Below are positions 25,700 through 38,686 of a stretch of 64,000 bases of DNA, one piece after another. The position numbers and the translations under genes are program-made. A model generated the notes under the pieces. The model was not told where the DNA came from. It ran no database searches and saw nothing but the letters and a program-made list of their open reading frames with translations. Origin of the DNA: Dipteris shenzhenensis (Eukaryota); NCBI GenBank assembly GCA_047967505.1, contig CM106538.1, one strand, 5' to 3'. Position 1 is the stretch's first letter. Each line of letters starts with the position of its first letter.

Positions 25700-26900
25700 C
25701 CTTGTCCAACCATGTATTCTTTAGTACAACCACTATTCTTGTGCCATCTAAACTTTTGATCACTAATATATCCCTTGACTTTAGAGATATTCTATAGAAT
25801 GGTGATTCGATCGCATGTTAGACGACAAGTTATGATGTTTTCCTTCGAGATCTTTCCCTTTTTGTAAAAAGAGCATAGAGGCTCGTATTGGGTCAAGTTC
25901 AGCCCTGTGATAGTAAGAACACCACTTATCTATAAGCAGAATGTAGCAAGTGTCAACTAAAAATAAAATGTACCTTGTTTTAAAATTAAATCACAGCATT
26001 CTGCAGGCACTGAACGTTACTTGATTTTCATACCCAATTTGCTAGATGTGTTGATGAAAGGCTCGAGCAAGTTTTGTTGAGATCAATGGAACTCGAGCAG
26101 GTGCCAAGATAGTCAATTATAGCATGTTCAATGCAAGTGGCTGACTATTTTTCTTAGCTCCTACATTTCTTAGAATGAAATGGTAGAAGTCAATCATCTT
26201 GTACCTATCCCTGATCTTTACGTAATCTGAGCGCTGATTGTTTGAAAAGTCAACTGCAATGGTGGTATAAGCAAAACTTTCTTACTCTAGTAGCAAAAGG
26301 TTCATTGTAATTGATGTTTCGCATCTCATTCAAGATTTAACAATTCACAATGGCACTTTACCGCCGTTATGAGGTCATCCACATTTTTACCATCGTCAAC
26401 GATTATCTCATCCATTAGGTGCATTGAGCTCCCAAGCTTGATTATTATCACTACGACTATAGTCAATGGCACAAGTAGTTGGCTTGCTCTTTGTTCATTA
26501 GGCCCTTGTAGTCTTCTTTGTACGTGTAAATAGTAATTGTTGGAACAACTATTGGTTTGACTGTAAATGTTTCGGAACATTTGACCCTAGTCGAAGGATT
26601 GAAAACCAAAGTATAATCGGATGTTCCTTTGTCATTTTGGGTGTTTCTGCTACAAACTAAAAAATTTGTAACCTTTATGAAATCTCCGATATTCAATGTC
26701 TTGATCAAGTTTGTAGAATAGATCTTGCCTATTTTGAGAGTAATACAACCATCCCCCTCTCTATTGGTAAAATCTAATTTCAAGGTCTTTGGATACTTGA
26801 CATTTGGTAAGGGCCCAGTCCCATATTTATTCAATACTTATCTCTCAAATATGCCATTCTTAACAGATAAATCTACTTTGTGAATGAGCAAATATCTTTC
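25700..26900 (-). pseudogene. RPA70-like (tandem OB-fold ssDNA-binding) gene remnant, probably Helitron-family cargo
   Basis: ORF 26463-26834 reads LKLDFTNREGDGCITLKI...GDFIKVTNFLV...DKGTSDYTLVFNPSTRV (OB-fold pattern). A second OB-like segment follows (TIVVVIIIKLG...EIIVDDG), then a Cys-containing segment YEPLCSFYKKGK...TCRLTC (~25815-25890) resembling the Zn ribbon of the RPA1 C-terminal domain. Confidence 0.55.
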
Positions 26901-27652
26901 ACCAAGTGAGTACTCGCTCTCAACACTCACTCAATATGAGCACTCTGTGGTCAAGGTGTGGTAAGACCTCTCTTCTTGGGGGAATTCTAGCTTCACCCAT
27001 TTCTCGTCTCTATAAGCTGCTTCATCAAAGAATCTCTTCACAGTTGTCTTCTCAATAGTCGCAAAATTGCACAACTCGATGATTCCATGTTGGAATCATC
27101 AAGGATATGATTGCCTTATCCCGGGTGTAATAATTGCTTGAATATGAAACAATCATATTTATCGTGACAACTTTAGTACATCGCAACAATTATGAAATAT
27201 TGAATGTGGAGTCTACTATAGTTATTTCATTGTGTGCTCTCTTGTTTAGGACTTAAAGAGATATATTTCACATGATGGCATCGTAAATTTAGAACGTGTG
27301 ACAAGCAAATTTGAACGATGAATACAATAGCAAATATCCATTGCACATAATGTTAAGGCTACTCTATAGTAGCTACATCCCATGGCGGGAAGGTAGTAAT
27401 GGTGGTTTGAATGAACACTATGGTCTAAGACCTCTCTAACCTTATGTAGTGCAAAATGGTAATTCCAACATCACCATGTGATTCGAAGAGTGCCGCTACC
27501 CATCCAATAATTCCAGGGGTCAAAAACTTTGCAATAGAATGTAATTCATTAGAACATTTAAGCTTCGATATTTCCACTTCTAGATTAACATGCTATACTT
27601 CTCATAATTTTCCAATGCTCAATTAAACAAAGTAATACTTGATGACTGCAAA

Positions 27653-29384
27653 TGTTACAATATAAGGAAGGTGATAGCAGAAGTGAGAGAGGGAGAGAGA
27701 AAGGAGTGCACATGATATAGCTACCTATACACTAAGTTGTATTGATGAAGATATACATGTGAGCCCCTCAGGGTTAGGGTTAGGGTTTGCCTCTAATGCC
27801 CTAGAGGTATGGTGCGATTTTCACCATCCTCAACACCCCCTCTTATATTGCACTAGGTAAGTAGAGGGTGCATGTACAAGACCTTTTTGTGGATTTTGTT
27901 TGGTGCATATGATAGCATCCAAAACACAAAACAAAACTGAGAAGAAATTGTGCATGTGTGAGCATATTGACTACGTAGCAAAAGCCTGTACAATGAGTAC
28001 AACTTACATGATCCTATACATAACATGGATTTCCCCCTCTTAAGTTGTGGGTCATCCTTTGCCTTTAGGAATGAAACTCAGAAGATAGGCCAAAGGGAAG
28101 AGGAAGGATATATGCAAAAAATAAATTCCACCTGGCTGGTCGATTGAAAGATGACTGCATGGAGTATGTGTGTATGGCTATGTGCTAAACATGTCAAAGC
28201 TGAGCATGTCATGTGTCGCCATGGACTATGAAGCTACTCTGTAGAAGAGGCATCTATCTAGATGTAAATCTAGTCGATGTAGTGATGGAGAAAGAATCCG
28301 ATAGGTTGTGACATGCGAGAGTATCACCAACCCAAAAGAACTGACAACAATCATGTGTGGGGTATGCTGCAATAGAGCAATCTCTTTTGTATGATGTGGG
28401 ATCGAAGAAGACCGGATAGTCAGTGTGGATAGAGTGGTTCAGGGGCTGAAAATATGGGGTTGAAGGTGTAGGTGTGATACTCTGCTCTGCTGAAGAAGAG
28501 GCTCGTAAAACTGACAAGGTATGCTGGCCTATCAAACCTGTGTGTTCAACTATCATGAGCTGAAGGTTGTCTGGTGTGTGCATGGCAAAACATCCATCGA
28601 CATGGGATGTAGCATTTGTGTAAGGCTCAACAAGAAGGAGTTGATAGTAAGAAGGCATGGAAGCCTAAAATATCATTGAAAAAGGATAAGTTATCCCTGA
28701 ATGCTGATGAAGGGATCGATTTGTAGTTGTGGATCCAGCCACTGATCTACATCAAGTATGGACTGTATATGATAACCATAAGTGCATGCTAAAACATTGA
28801 GTATCCCCAGGTTGCACTATGGATGAACCTAATAATGTCCACTACATTGATGCATAAGTATCCTCATGTGTAGGAATGATCTACTAATTGGAGGTGGTGG
28901 TGATCACTAGATCCAAGGATGCAACGTGGCATGACTGAGCCGATGCTGGAATGTCCTGAAGATTGATGTACTGACTTGTACTACTGATGGAAATTGTGCC
29001 CGAAGTATGCTCCACGGTAGAGGAGAAAGCATCAGGGATCGATGCTAGAATGAAATTAGATGAGGACCTGAATGCACTATAGCATGTAGCTCTACATGCG
29101 GCTGGAGAGTGCTTCGTACTGAGGACTTACCTCTATTGAATAACTACATCTCCTATTATGTATCTGCATCTGTGGCAAAGGATGGAGTCGGATCCATACA
29201 TGAAAGTGATGGTTGTACATCATGGGAATCAAGCTGTGCTAATGTAGATGAGACTACCTCATGTTGAGAAAGGTAGATCTGAGATACTCAGCATGTAGAG
29301 CATGATTAGTGATCATCTTTGCTTTTTGGATCACCGTAAAATTCCCCCTGGATCAAAAGGTATGGCTCCCAAAAGCATGGCCAA
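27653..29384 (-). mobile_element. 3' part of a degenerate LTR retrotransposon (short 3' LTR 27653-27835, PPT 27836-27844)
   Basis: TGTTAC...CTCAACA 183-bp LTR followed by CCCCCTCTT (a PPT on the - strand). Further PPT-like tracts lie at ~28031 and ~29342, and there is no recognisable intact ORF. Confidence 0.65.
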
Positions 29385-31461
29385 TTTACATGCAAGTTCT
29401 ACATGCAACTCTTACATGCGAGTTCTACATGTAACTCCTACACGCATGTTCTACATGCAACTCCTACATGCGAGTTCTACATGCAACTCCTACATGCAAG
29501 TTCTACATGCAAGTCCTACATGCAAGTCCTACATGCAAGTTCTACATGTGAGTTCTACCTGCAACTCCTACATGCAACTTGTAACTTCTACATGCAAAGA
29601 GAGAATGTCTTACAATTCCTATATGTAGAGAGAGAAGCTCTCCAACTTGTATAAATACCCCATAATGAAATGAAGCCCACACTCTTTGGGGCATTGTGTT
29701 GAGATTTACTTTGGTATTCCAAGCAATTGTCTCAAGTGTCCATGCTTCCTTGCACTCCACATCCAAAAGCATGTCCTACTCCTCCTCCCCTTCCCTCCAA
29801 CCTTGCAACCTATCCTCTCCCTCTTCTCCTCCCTCCTCCTCCTCCCTTCTCCTCCTCCTCCTCCCTCCTCCTCCCTCCTCCTCCTCCCTCCTCCTCCCTT
29901 CTCCTCCCTCCTCCTCCTCTCTCCTCCTCCCTTCTCCTCCCTCCTCCACCCTCCTTCTCTCTCTTATTTCTCCCATGCTCTTACACCTTCTTCCTCTCCC
30001 ACTCCTATGCTCCCCCTAAACCCTTAGTTCCTTAACCCTTAACCTCCATGATCTATGAGGGAGATGAGTTCTCCACCATGTCCTCTACCCTAAACCTTGG
30101 ATCCTCCTTCTAACCCTAGAACTTCTTCTAAACCTTGGAACCTCCTTCTAAACTCTGGAACCTCCTTTTAAACCTTAGAACCTCCTTTTAAACCTTGGAA
30201 CCTCCTTCTAGACTATGGAACCTCCTTCTAAATCTTGGAATCTCCTTCCAAACCTGGAACCTTCTTCTAAACCCTGAACGTCCCTCTAACCCTTAAAATC
30301 CTCCTAAGCCTTGCAACCCCCAATGAAGGCGAAAGCCTTCATTACCTCAACCATGATGATACACATTCTTTTTACACATGCATCCACTATTTGCTTACCA
30401 CATTTAAGCCTACGTCTCTCACCGGAATACAACTTGAGGTCCTAACCTACACATATATTACAAATGACAACCCCTATATTCATGTAGGTGACAAAAAGCC
30501 CCAGAATCCTATATATTGAGAAAACCTTGCTCTTTCTATAGAAGCCATGGGAAAGAGCCAACATTTAGTGCCGCTGTCGGGGAGACTAGCATCTCAAGTA
30601 ATGAGTAAACATACGCAAGTATGTGTAAAAAACAAACTACTTCAAACTTTCATGAACATATCACTCAAGAGCTAGGAGAGCTAAATTTTTTCCGACTCAA
30701 GTTATAAAAAAAAAGATAATTCCTAGCTGAAACTCTTCATTACCAGTTTAGGAAAATGCATGTTTTCTGAAAAAATAGCACCTTAAGGAATAAATCAGAC
30801 CATGTGATGGTTGTCAAAGTGTAGAGCTTGAAATTCTGAACACGTTTTCTTTTTATGGAAGCACATTCTGACACAACCACCAAAAGTTATGAGCAATCAA
30901 TGATTAAAGGTTCTAAATGCCATGATACAAAAGAAAAATTAAACCCACCTCCCTAGCCAAACGTGGACAAATTCAAAGCTGCACATGTATTTGATTACTC
31001 AAACATAGACAAATTCAAAGGTGCACATGTGTTTGACTAAATCCATAGCTCCCCCTCCTTCCCTATAAAAAGGCACCCATCCCTCTCATACTTTTTCATT
31101 TCCGAGCCCTACGCAAGACACTCCTCCCTCTCCATCAACCACCACCCTACTCCCATCCTCACATGGTGAGGTACTTTGAGCCCATCTCGCAGCGATAACC
31201 TAGCCATCCACCCACCGTCCATTCATCCTCAACAATCCCATTACATCGAGAAAGACTTGGAGAGCATTCAAGTGACCATCTCTTCCTCCCTTTGGATTTT
31301 CGTCAAAGTTTTCCGTCCGTCAAGTTTTTTTCCCCCTCCCCCTCCACCCTCCCTTCCACCACCACCCCCTCCCCCTCCACCATTCCCCCTCCACTACCAT
31401 TCCCTCCACCCCCCACCCCCTCCACCTCCCTCTCTCCACCACCCCCGTCCACCCTCCACCC

Positions 31462-34400
31462 TATTAAGAAAAACAAGAAGAGAGATATAGGAAGCAACCA
31501 GGAGGGAGCAACGGTCTCCTCCACAATCAAATCATATTCACCCCACACAATACAATTGAACACTACTAAGGTCACACCCATACATAGTAGATAAGAACTA
31601 ACTATGGTTGAGTCAGTGTGACTCACCTTATTCACCTACTCACACAACATGAACAATAACAGAGAGCTTGATTCCCAACACTCCCCCTCAAGCTCAAGTA
31701 GGGAGCATAACACCAAGTAGCCCTCTAAAGTATGTAAACTTATCTCTGCCCAATGACTTGGTAAAGATATCTGCAACCTGATCTTCAGTCTTCACATGTA
31801 TGAGATCAATCTTCTTTGATAACACCATCTCTCTGATGAAATGGTAGTGTACCTCAATATGCTTAGTTCTAGCATGATAAACTAGATTACTTGTCAACTG
31901 CACACTACTCATGTTATCACAATAAAATCTGACTGGTTTTTCCACATGCAGTCCCAAATCTTGCAAAAGCTTCTAAAGCCAAGAAATCTCACATGCAGCC
32001 GATGCTACACCTCTGTACTCTGCTTTTGTACTAGACAATGCCACTGTGGGTTGCTTTTTACTACTCCAACTCACCACTGCACTACCAAGGCTGAATGCAT
32101 AACCACTGGTGGGTCTCTTGTCATAGGCACATCCTGCCCAATCTGCATTTGTGTATCCAACCAGTTCTATATCCTTTCCATACTCATAAAAGAGTCTATA
32201 CTGATATGTTTCCTTGACATAGCGCATAATCATTCTCACTACATCCAAGTGCATAATCCTTCTCATTGCATCCAAGTGAGGCTTCCGTGGCTTCTGCATC
32301 AACTGACTAATGAGTCCCATAGCATATATTAAATCAGGCATGGTAATAGGTAGACAAATCAAGCTTCCAACCATCTGCCTATACATGGTAATGTCATCAA
32401 TCTCAACTCCATAATCAGCCATCATCTTCAAGTTTTGATCCAAGGGAATATCCATTGGTTTACAATCCTTCATGCCAAACCTCTCCAACATATTCAAGGC
32501 ATACTACCTCTGCATAAGCCAAATGCCATCAGATGTTCTCAACACCTCTATGCTAAGAAAGAACTTCAAGTCCCCTAGATCCTTCATATCAAACTCCATT
32601 TTCAGCTTGCTCTTAATTTCAGCAATGCCATCATCACTACCAGTCAGATCATCAACATAAATCACAATCACAACATATCTAGCAATTGTCTTCTTTGTCA
32701 ACAGTGAATGATCAGCCTTCCCAACTGCAAAACCAAGCTCCTGCAAGTATCTATTGATCCTTTCATTCCATGCTCTGGGTGCTTTGACATCCATTTGCTG
32801 TAATTTCCAGCCATTTGCAGAAGCCAACGCTATGATAGTTCTCACAGTTGCCATCTTGGCAATAGGGCTGAAAGTTTCCTCATAATCTAGCCCATACTGC
32901 TGTGCATACCCTTTGGCAACCAGCCTTGCTTTATACCTTTCCACTGATCCATTAGACTTGCATTTTACTTTGTAGACCCATTTGCAACCAATAGGATTCT
33001 TGCCTTTAGGCAACTCCACCAAATCCCAAGTCTGATTAGTAGCAAGAGCATCCATCTCCTCATCCATGGCATTTTACCAATGACCATGTTGCACAGCCTC
33101 ACCAAAGATAGTTGGCTCAGTATGTCCCATAACTTTTGTCATATATGCATAATGCCGAGTAGCATAACCACTATAAGTTAACCTGTTAACAGGATACCTG
33201 ACTCTCTGTGACCTTTTCACTAGAGTGCCTGACTCTCCTCGTTCATGAGGAGGTATGTACCTACTTCCCTTGACTCTAGGTGTAGACACAGATGGTATAC
33301 CCAGCTCACTATCCAAACTGTCACTACATGATGAGTCATAGCCACAATTTGATGGCCCAGGGACATCATTTTCAGCTTGCGAAGGCACCTCAACAACCTT
33401 GGCTTTCCCTTTATCTCTCCCCCTCACTAACATAGCAATATTAGTGGAATTGCGTAACCTGCTAGACCAAGGATTCACTGTAGTAGAACCAGTAGATGTA
33501 GGCCCAGATATGGATGTACTAATTTGCTGATTTTTATCATATGCATGACCTGCAGATGCATCATTTGGAACATCCACTTTTAGCTTGCCATACCAAGATT
33601 CTAGCTCATTAAAAACAACATCTTGACTCACCATAGTCTTCTTGGTCGATGGGTTGTAGCATTTGTAACCCTTCCGGTTCTGTGCATAGCCAATAAACAC
33701 ACATCTTTTAGTTTGGAATCCAACTTCTGTCTCTTTTCATCTGGTATATGCACATATGCCAAGCTGCCAAACACTTTTAAATGACTGACATTAGGCTTCT
33801 GTCGATACAATTTCTCATATGGTGTGAGCATATGAATGCCAGCAGTAGGAGTGCGATTCAGCACATACATTGCAATTGCAAGTGCTTCTGCTCAATAATA
33901 ATCACGTAAGTTCTTTTCATTCAACATGGCTCTACCATATGAACCAATCACCCCATTCTTATGTTCAGCCACTCCATTCTGCTGTGGTCTATGTAAAGAA
34001 TAAGGGAGAGAGATAGGAGACTCAAGTTCAGCTTTCTTCACAACACACAAAAGAGAGAGGACACAAGGTTGGAGGGTGAAGCCTTTCTTCACTTTTGCAC
34101 ACAACAACAATACAATAGAAGAGGGAAATACCCTATATGTCAAAACCTAGAATACATGGTTCATATGTGAACCCAAACCAAAAACATACGTGGTAGTCTA
34201 ACTACACCACGAGTACAACTAACATAGGCGGTGACATAAATGATAGTCATCCAGGAGATATATCAGGGGTAGAGCTTGATATCTCAACAGTCTATATGGG
34301 CATGTAAGCTCCCATCTAATCCCATGATAAGCCAAGAAGTCATCAAATTCATTTGACAGATATTCACCTCCATTATTTGATCTCAAGCATGTGATATATG

Positions 34401-37368
34401 ACCCAAACTCCTTTTCAACATGTTGCTTGAAATGCTTGAAGGCAAGCAAGACCTCATCCTTATCTTTTAAAGCTCCAAAGCATTATACTTAAACTTTGGT
34501 AGGCTAACAACAATGCCTTTATGCTGCATATTTTTCAGCTTCTAAATATTAATATGACCAATGCATTTGTGCCAAATTTCCAAATCAGAGACAACACTCG
34601 TACCATGGGTAAACATGGCAGCCTTTAGTTCCGGCATGCTTGCATCTAAAGTTCCCTTTTGCAATCAACTTGCAGCCATTACCAAACTCCTCAATGAAGC
34701 ATCCATCCTTATTAAACCGGACTTGCAAGTTCTGCTCAGCCATTTGTCCAACAAACAATAAGTTCTTGGTGATCGAAGGCACATGCAACACTTCACACAG
34801 CTTCTTGGTCTAACCATCATGCATCACCAGAGGCACAACACCCTTGTGTGTATCATCTCCTGTGCAAACATAACCATGCACACCAGGAGTCATCTCATCA
34901 AACCACTCTCTATGTGGTGTGATGTGATTAGATGCTCGTGAATCAATATACCACATATCATCCAAGCCACCATCAGTAGGCTTATGATACTGCACATGTG
35001 TCATAGCAAATAGCTGATCTGAGGATGTCTCATGCACATGACTAGAAGAGGCAAAATGGCCATGCTGATTTGCCTTTCCTCTTTGATTTGCTTACTTCTT
35101 GAAACAATCTCTGGCAATATGGCCAACCTTGCCACAGTAATGACATGTCTTATCACTATTAGGATTATGCTATTTGTTGCGGTTGTTGCCAAGTACCTCT
35201 CCCCCTACCTCTAAAGGCTCCACCTCCTCTCTGAGGTGACTGACTAGGGGTTTTAGGGATGTGCTTGCCATCACCTCTACCACATAATGAACCTTTGTGT
35301 CATCTACCATGGCCTCTCTAATCAGAGTAGAACACTGCATCACTATTCCTTGAGCTACCGCCATTGGTATTCAGCCCAAGCTTCATTTCCTCATGGCTCA
35401 AAAGAGCAACTAGCTCATTGAAATTCGGCATATTCTACCTCACAGAAATAGAAGTGTCAAATGACTTATATTCGGGACTAAGTCCATTCAGAATGACTAC
35501 AACCATGTCATCATCATCCATAGAAGTATCAATAGAAGCTAATTGATCAGCTATGGTTTTGATTTTAGTCACGTACTCCTGTATTGTTCTACCCCGCCTT
35601 AACATATTGTTGAACTTTTGCTTTAGCTGAATTTCCCTAGCACTTGTAGTTGTGCCATAATATCTTGTCAAGATATCCCATGCATTCTTGGGAGACTTGC
35701 AGTTCAGAATTTGCATAACCATGGCATCTGAAATAGATATTGAAAACCAATGAAGTACCCTCCATGCTCTTTCCAACCAAGCTTTATGATTCTTAACTTG
35801 TTTTGCAGTAGCATTTCTTTCTAGCAAATTAGGCTCTTTCTCATCATCTGTAACCAAATCCCAATATCCTTTTCCAGTCAGGAAATTTTCCATCTGAAAC
35901 TTCCAAATGGCATAATTATTTTGATCCAACTTCTCTCCAACGATCTATGTAACATTGTCACTACCACTAGCATTAGCGATAGTTTCCAACAGCAGATTTT
36001 TGCAACTTTTTGCTATTTTGCACAGTCAATAACTTTTGCACGTTACCTCAGATGCAAAACTATAAACTAAAAAATTGTAGCCAATCCACAGGTCTACAAC
36101 TTTCCAGTTTAGTGTAGGTCCAAATCCTATAAGGTTTCACTGTTATTTGCTGCTAAAGACAGCAGTCTGGAAACTTCCAGTTACTAGTTCAATGGATCAA
36201 CCGGACTCAAAATGCCACTTTGCTACTATCATTGGCAAGGCATAGCATCTCTCAAGCTACTTGACATTAACATCCAACCACTGGGCATCCAAATACCATC
36301 ACATATATTCATGAACATTGCAATATCATGCCTGCAACTGCATTTGACAATTTGACACTGAGTTGTAAACTGAGACTTTTTCTAATTTTCCCAAGCTCGT
36401 AACTTTTAATAATAAATCCAAATGAACTTGCTTCTAAAAGCAAAGTCGGAGCTTGTATACTTGCCTCCAACTTGTCAGTTCAGACTAGTATCCAAATCCA
36501 CACAGTTTGAGAAATAAACACTCCGAAAAATGATAATTTGATCACTTTTGAACAAAAAAACAGCAGTAGCACTTTTTGTGTTTGAACACGGGAGTCCTGG
36601 TAGCTCACAGAGAGACTAAGACTCCACAAAAATGATGTATGAGGATGTAGCAAACCTTTGGGGTGTTGATAGGAGATGTAGGAGAGTTTCTTCAAGCCAC
36701 AAACAACCTCCAGCAGAGAGCTAGACGATGAGGTTTGGAGAGACATTTCACAAACAACCTCTAGAGAGCTAGGCGATGAGGTTTGGAGAGACGTTTTTGC
36801 TTCTTATTGCTGTATATACCTCTTGCTTGGCTCAAATCAAGTAGTAATTGTCCAAAAAAAGAGATCAGCTCCATTCTATCATACCCAAACAGTAAAAACG
36901 AGTTGTGTTTTGTCAAAATACATCTCCCAATAGCAACCTATGGGTAATAGCGATCTCCCCTTAGCAAGAAGACATCAATTGGACAGCTCCCAAGCCAAAC
37001 AGATTGGCTTGAAGCTGGAAATTGCTACTTCGGTCTAAAAAACGAGATCTCTTCTCATCATTTCGAAGCTTCAGAGTAGGAGAAGCACTCCCGCAAGCTT
37101 CCACAAGCACTGGGCAACCAGAAGGCAAGGAACGGCAGCTCTGATACCATATTAAGAAAAACAAGAAGAGAGATATAGGAAGCAACCAGGAGGGAGCAAT
37201 AGTCTCCTCCACAATTAGCTCATATTCACCCCACACAATACAATTGAACACTACTAAGGACACACACATACATAGTAGATAAGAACTAACTACGGTTGAG
37301 TCAGTGTGACTCACCTTATTCACCTACTCACACAATAGGAACAATAACAGAGAGCTTGATTCCCAACA
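31462..37368 (-). mobile_element. Full-length degenerate Ty1/copia element
   Basis: 219-bp LTRs 31462-31680 and 37150-37368 (about 10 differences by eye); PBS 37138-37149; PPT CTCCCCCTC 31681-31689; imperfect TSD CACCC/CACAC. ORF fragments of gag, protease (WYIDSRASNH), integrase, RT (KARLVAKGY, YVDDL) and RNase H. Confidence 0.95.
33992..34289 (-). mobile_element. Solo LTR of the 38687-43981 copia family, inserted in an integrase
   Basis: 298 bp; reverse complement nearly identical to LTR 38687-38984. TSD GTCTA (33987-33991 / 34290-34294); it splits TCPYR|PQQNGVAE. Confidence 0.95.
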
Positions 37369-38686
37369 CACACCCCCTTCCACTACCACCCCCTTCTTCC
37401 CCCCCCTCCACCACCCCCCTCCATCTCCTAGAGAAACATCATGCTATGGGGCATTTTTTCAGCCCATTGCACACCATTTTGGCATCCCTAGCACTCGCTC
37501 ATTCGTGCCCCCATGTGGGCGATGTTTCACACTAATTCGCTCATATCTTTACATCGTGACCTCCGATTGATGATCCGTCTGCACCGATACATTTCCCTAC
37601 ACACGTGGGACAATATTAGGCACATTATAAACATGACCGTACCTACAACACTAACACCACTCTAACCCTCCAAACAAAACATCAACACCCGCACTTGCGG
37701 GCAAAGACACCCTTTGCAACTCTCACCTAATCTACATGCAGCTACGCTCCAGCTAACGCCTCCAACTTTAATGCTTGCCAAATCTGCATATAACTCTGCT
37801 GCAACCACCGCCTCTGACAATCCTCTACTGTGAATCCCCTCTTGAAATTCAAGAAATCCCTTTAACTCCTCCATGCCACAACATGGCTGGATGCCATCAC
37901 AATGATGATGGGGATATTGACCTCGATGCAGAGGTTGACAATTTCTTTAATCACAAAAATAATAACAATCAAGGCAGGTGCCCCTTGGGAAAACTGGAAC
38001 TTCCCAAATATAATGGTAGGGGAGATCCAACCCGATTCCTCCAGCATTTTGATGCCGCATGCCGAGCAGATCAATCCCATGAAACCAAGGTGGCTTGGTT
38101 TCCCATGGCCTTAACTGATGAAGCGTCTGAATGGTACCTAGACCTTCTAGTGGAAGAGCGAGCCATATGGGACCTACTTCAAACATAATTCAAAAGGCGC
38201 TTTCAAATGGAGAGGCTACAAGATGATCCCGCTCTCCAACTAAGCAAGATCGAACAAGGCCGTCGAGAAGATGTATGCACGTACCTGGGTAAGATGAAAA
38301 GATTAATCGCCAAATGTGAACCATGCCCCGATGCAAAGTACCTCACGGCCTAATTTATTGCCGGACTAAGAAACAAAATCTGAAAGGATATGAAAAAGAT
38401 TAGCAGCCATGAAATGTTTAGTGCTGCTCATGTGGTAGCCATTGACATCGAGGATGTCATGACCAACTCTGACACTAGCAATGATGATGGCAGATAAAAT
38501 GCACGAGATAAGCGCTCTAAAAAGGACAAATTCAAGTCCACTGTCGAAACATCAAATGAAGATCGCCTAAAGGCCATGGCCATGAAGCTGAAAGAAGACA
38601 TGATGCAAGTCATGGAACAAAAGCTTTAGTTGTCTCAGCTGCCAACTTAGACTTATCCACGGCGAGAAAATGTCTGATGTCCACAC

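Noticed and set aside
29302-30035. Pro/Ser/Leu-rich and repetitive ORFs (also 47495-48293, 5580-5987, 31176-31594)
   Set aside because: Artefacts of low-complexity LTR or leader repeats that lack stop codons.
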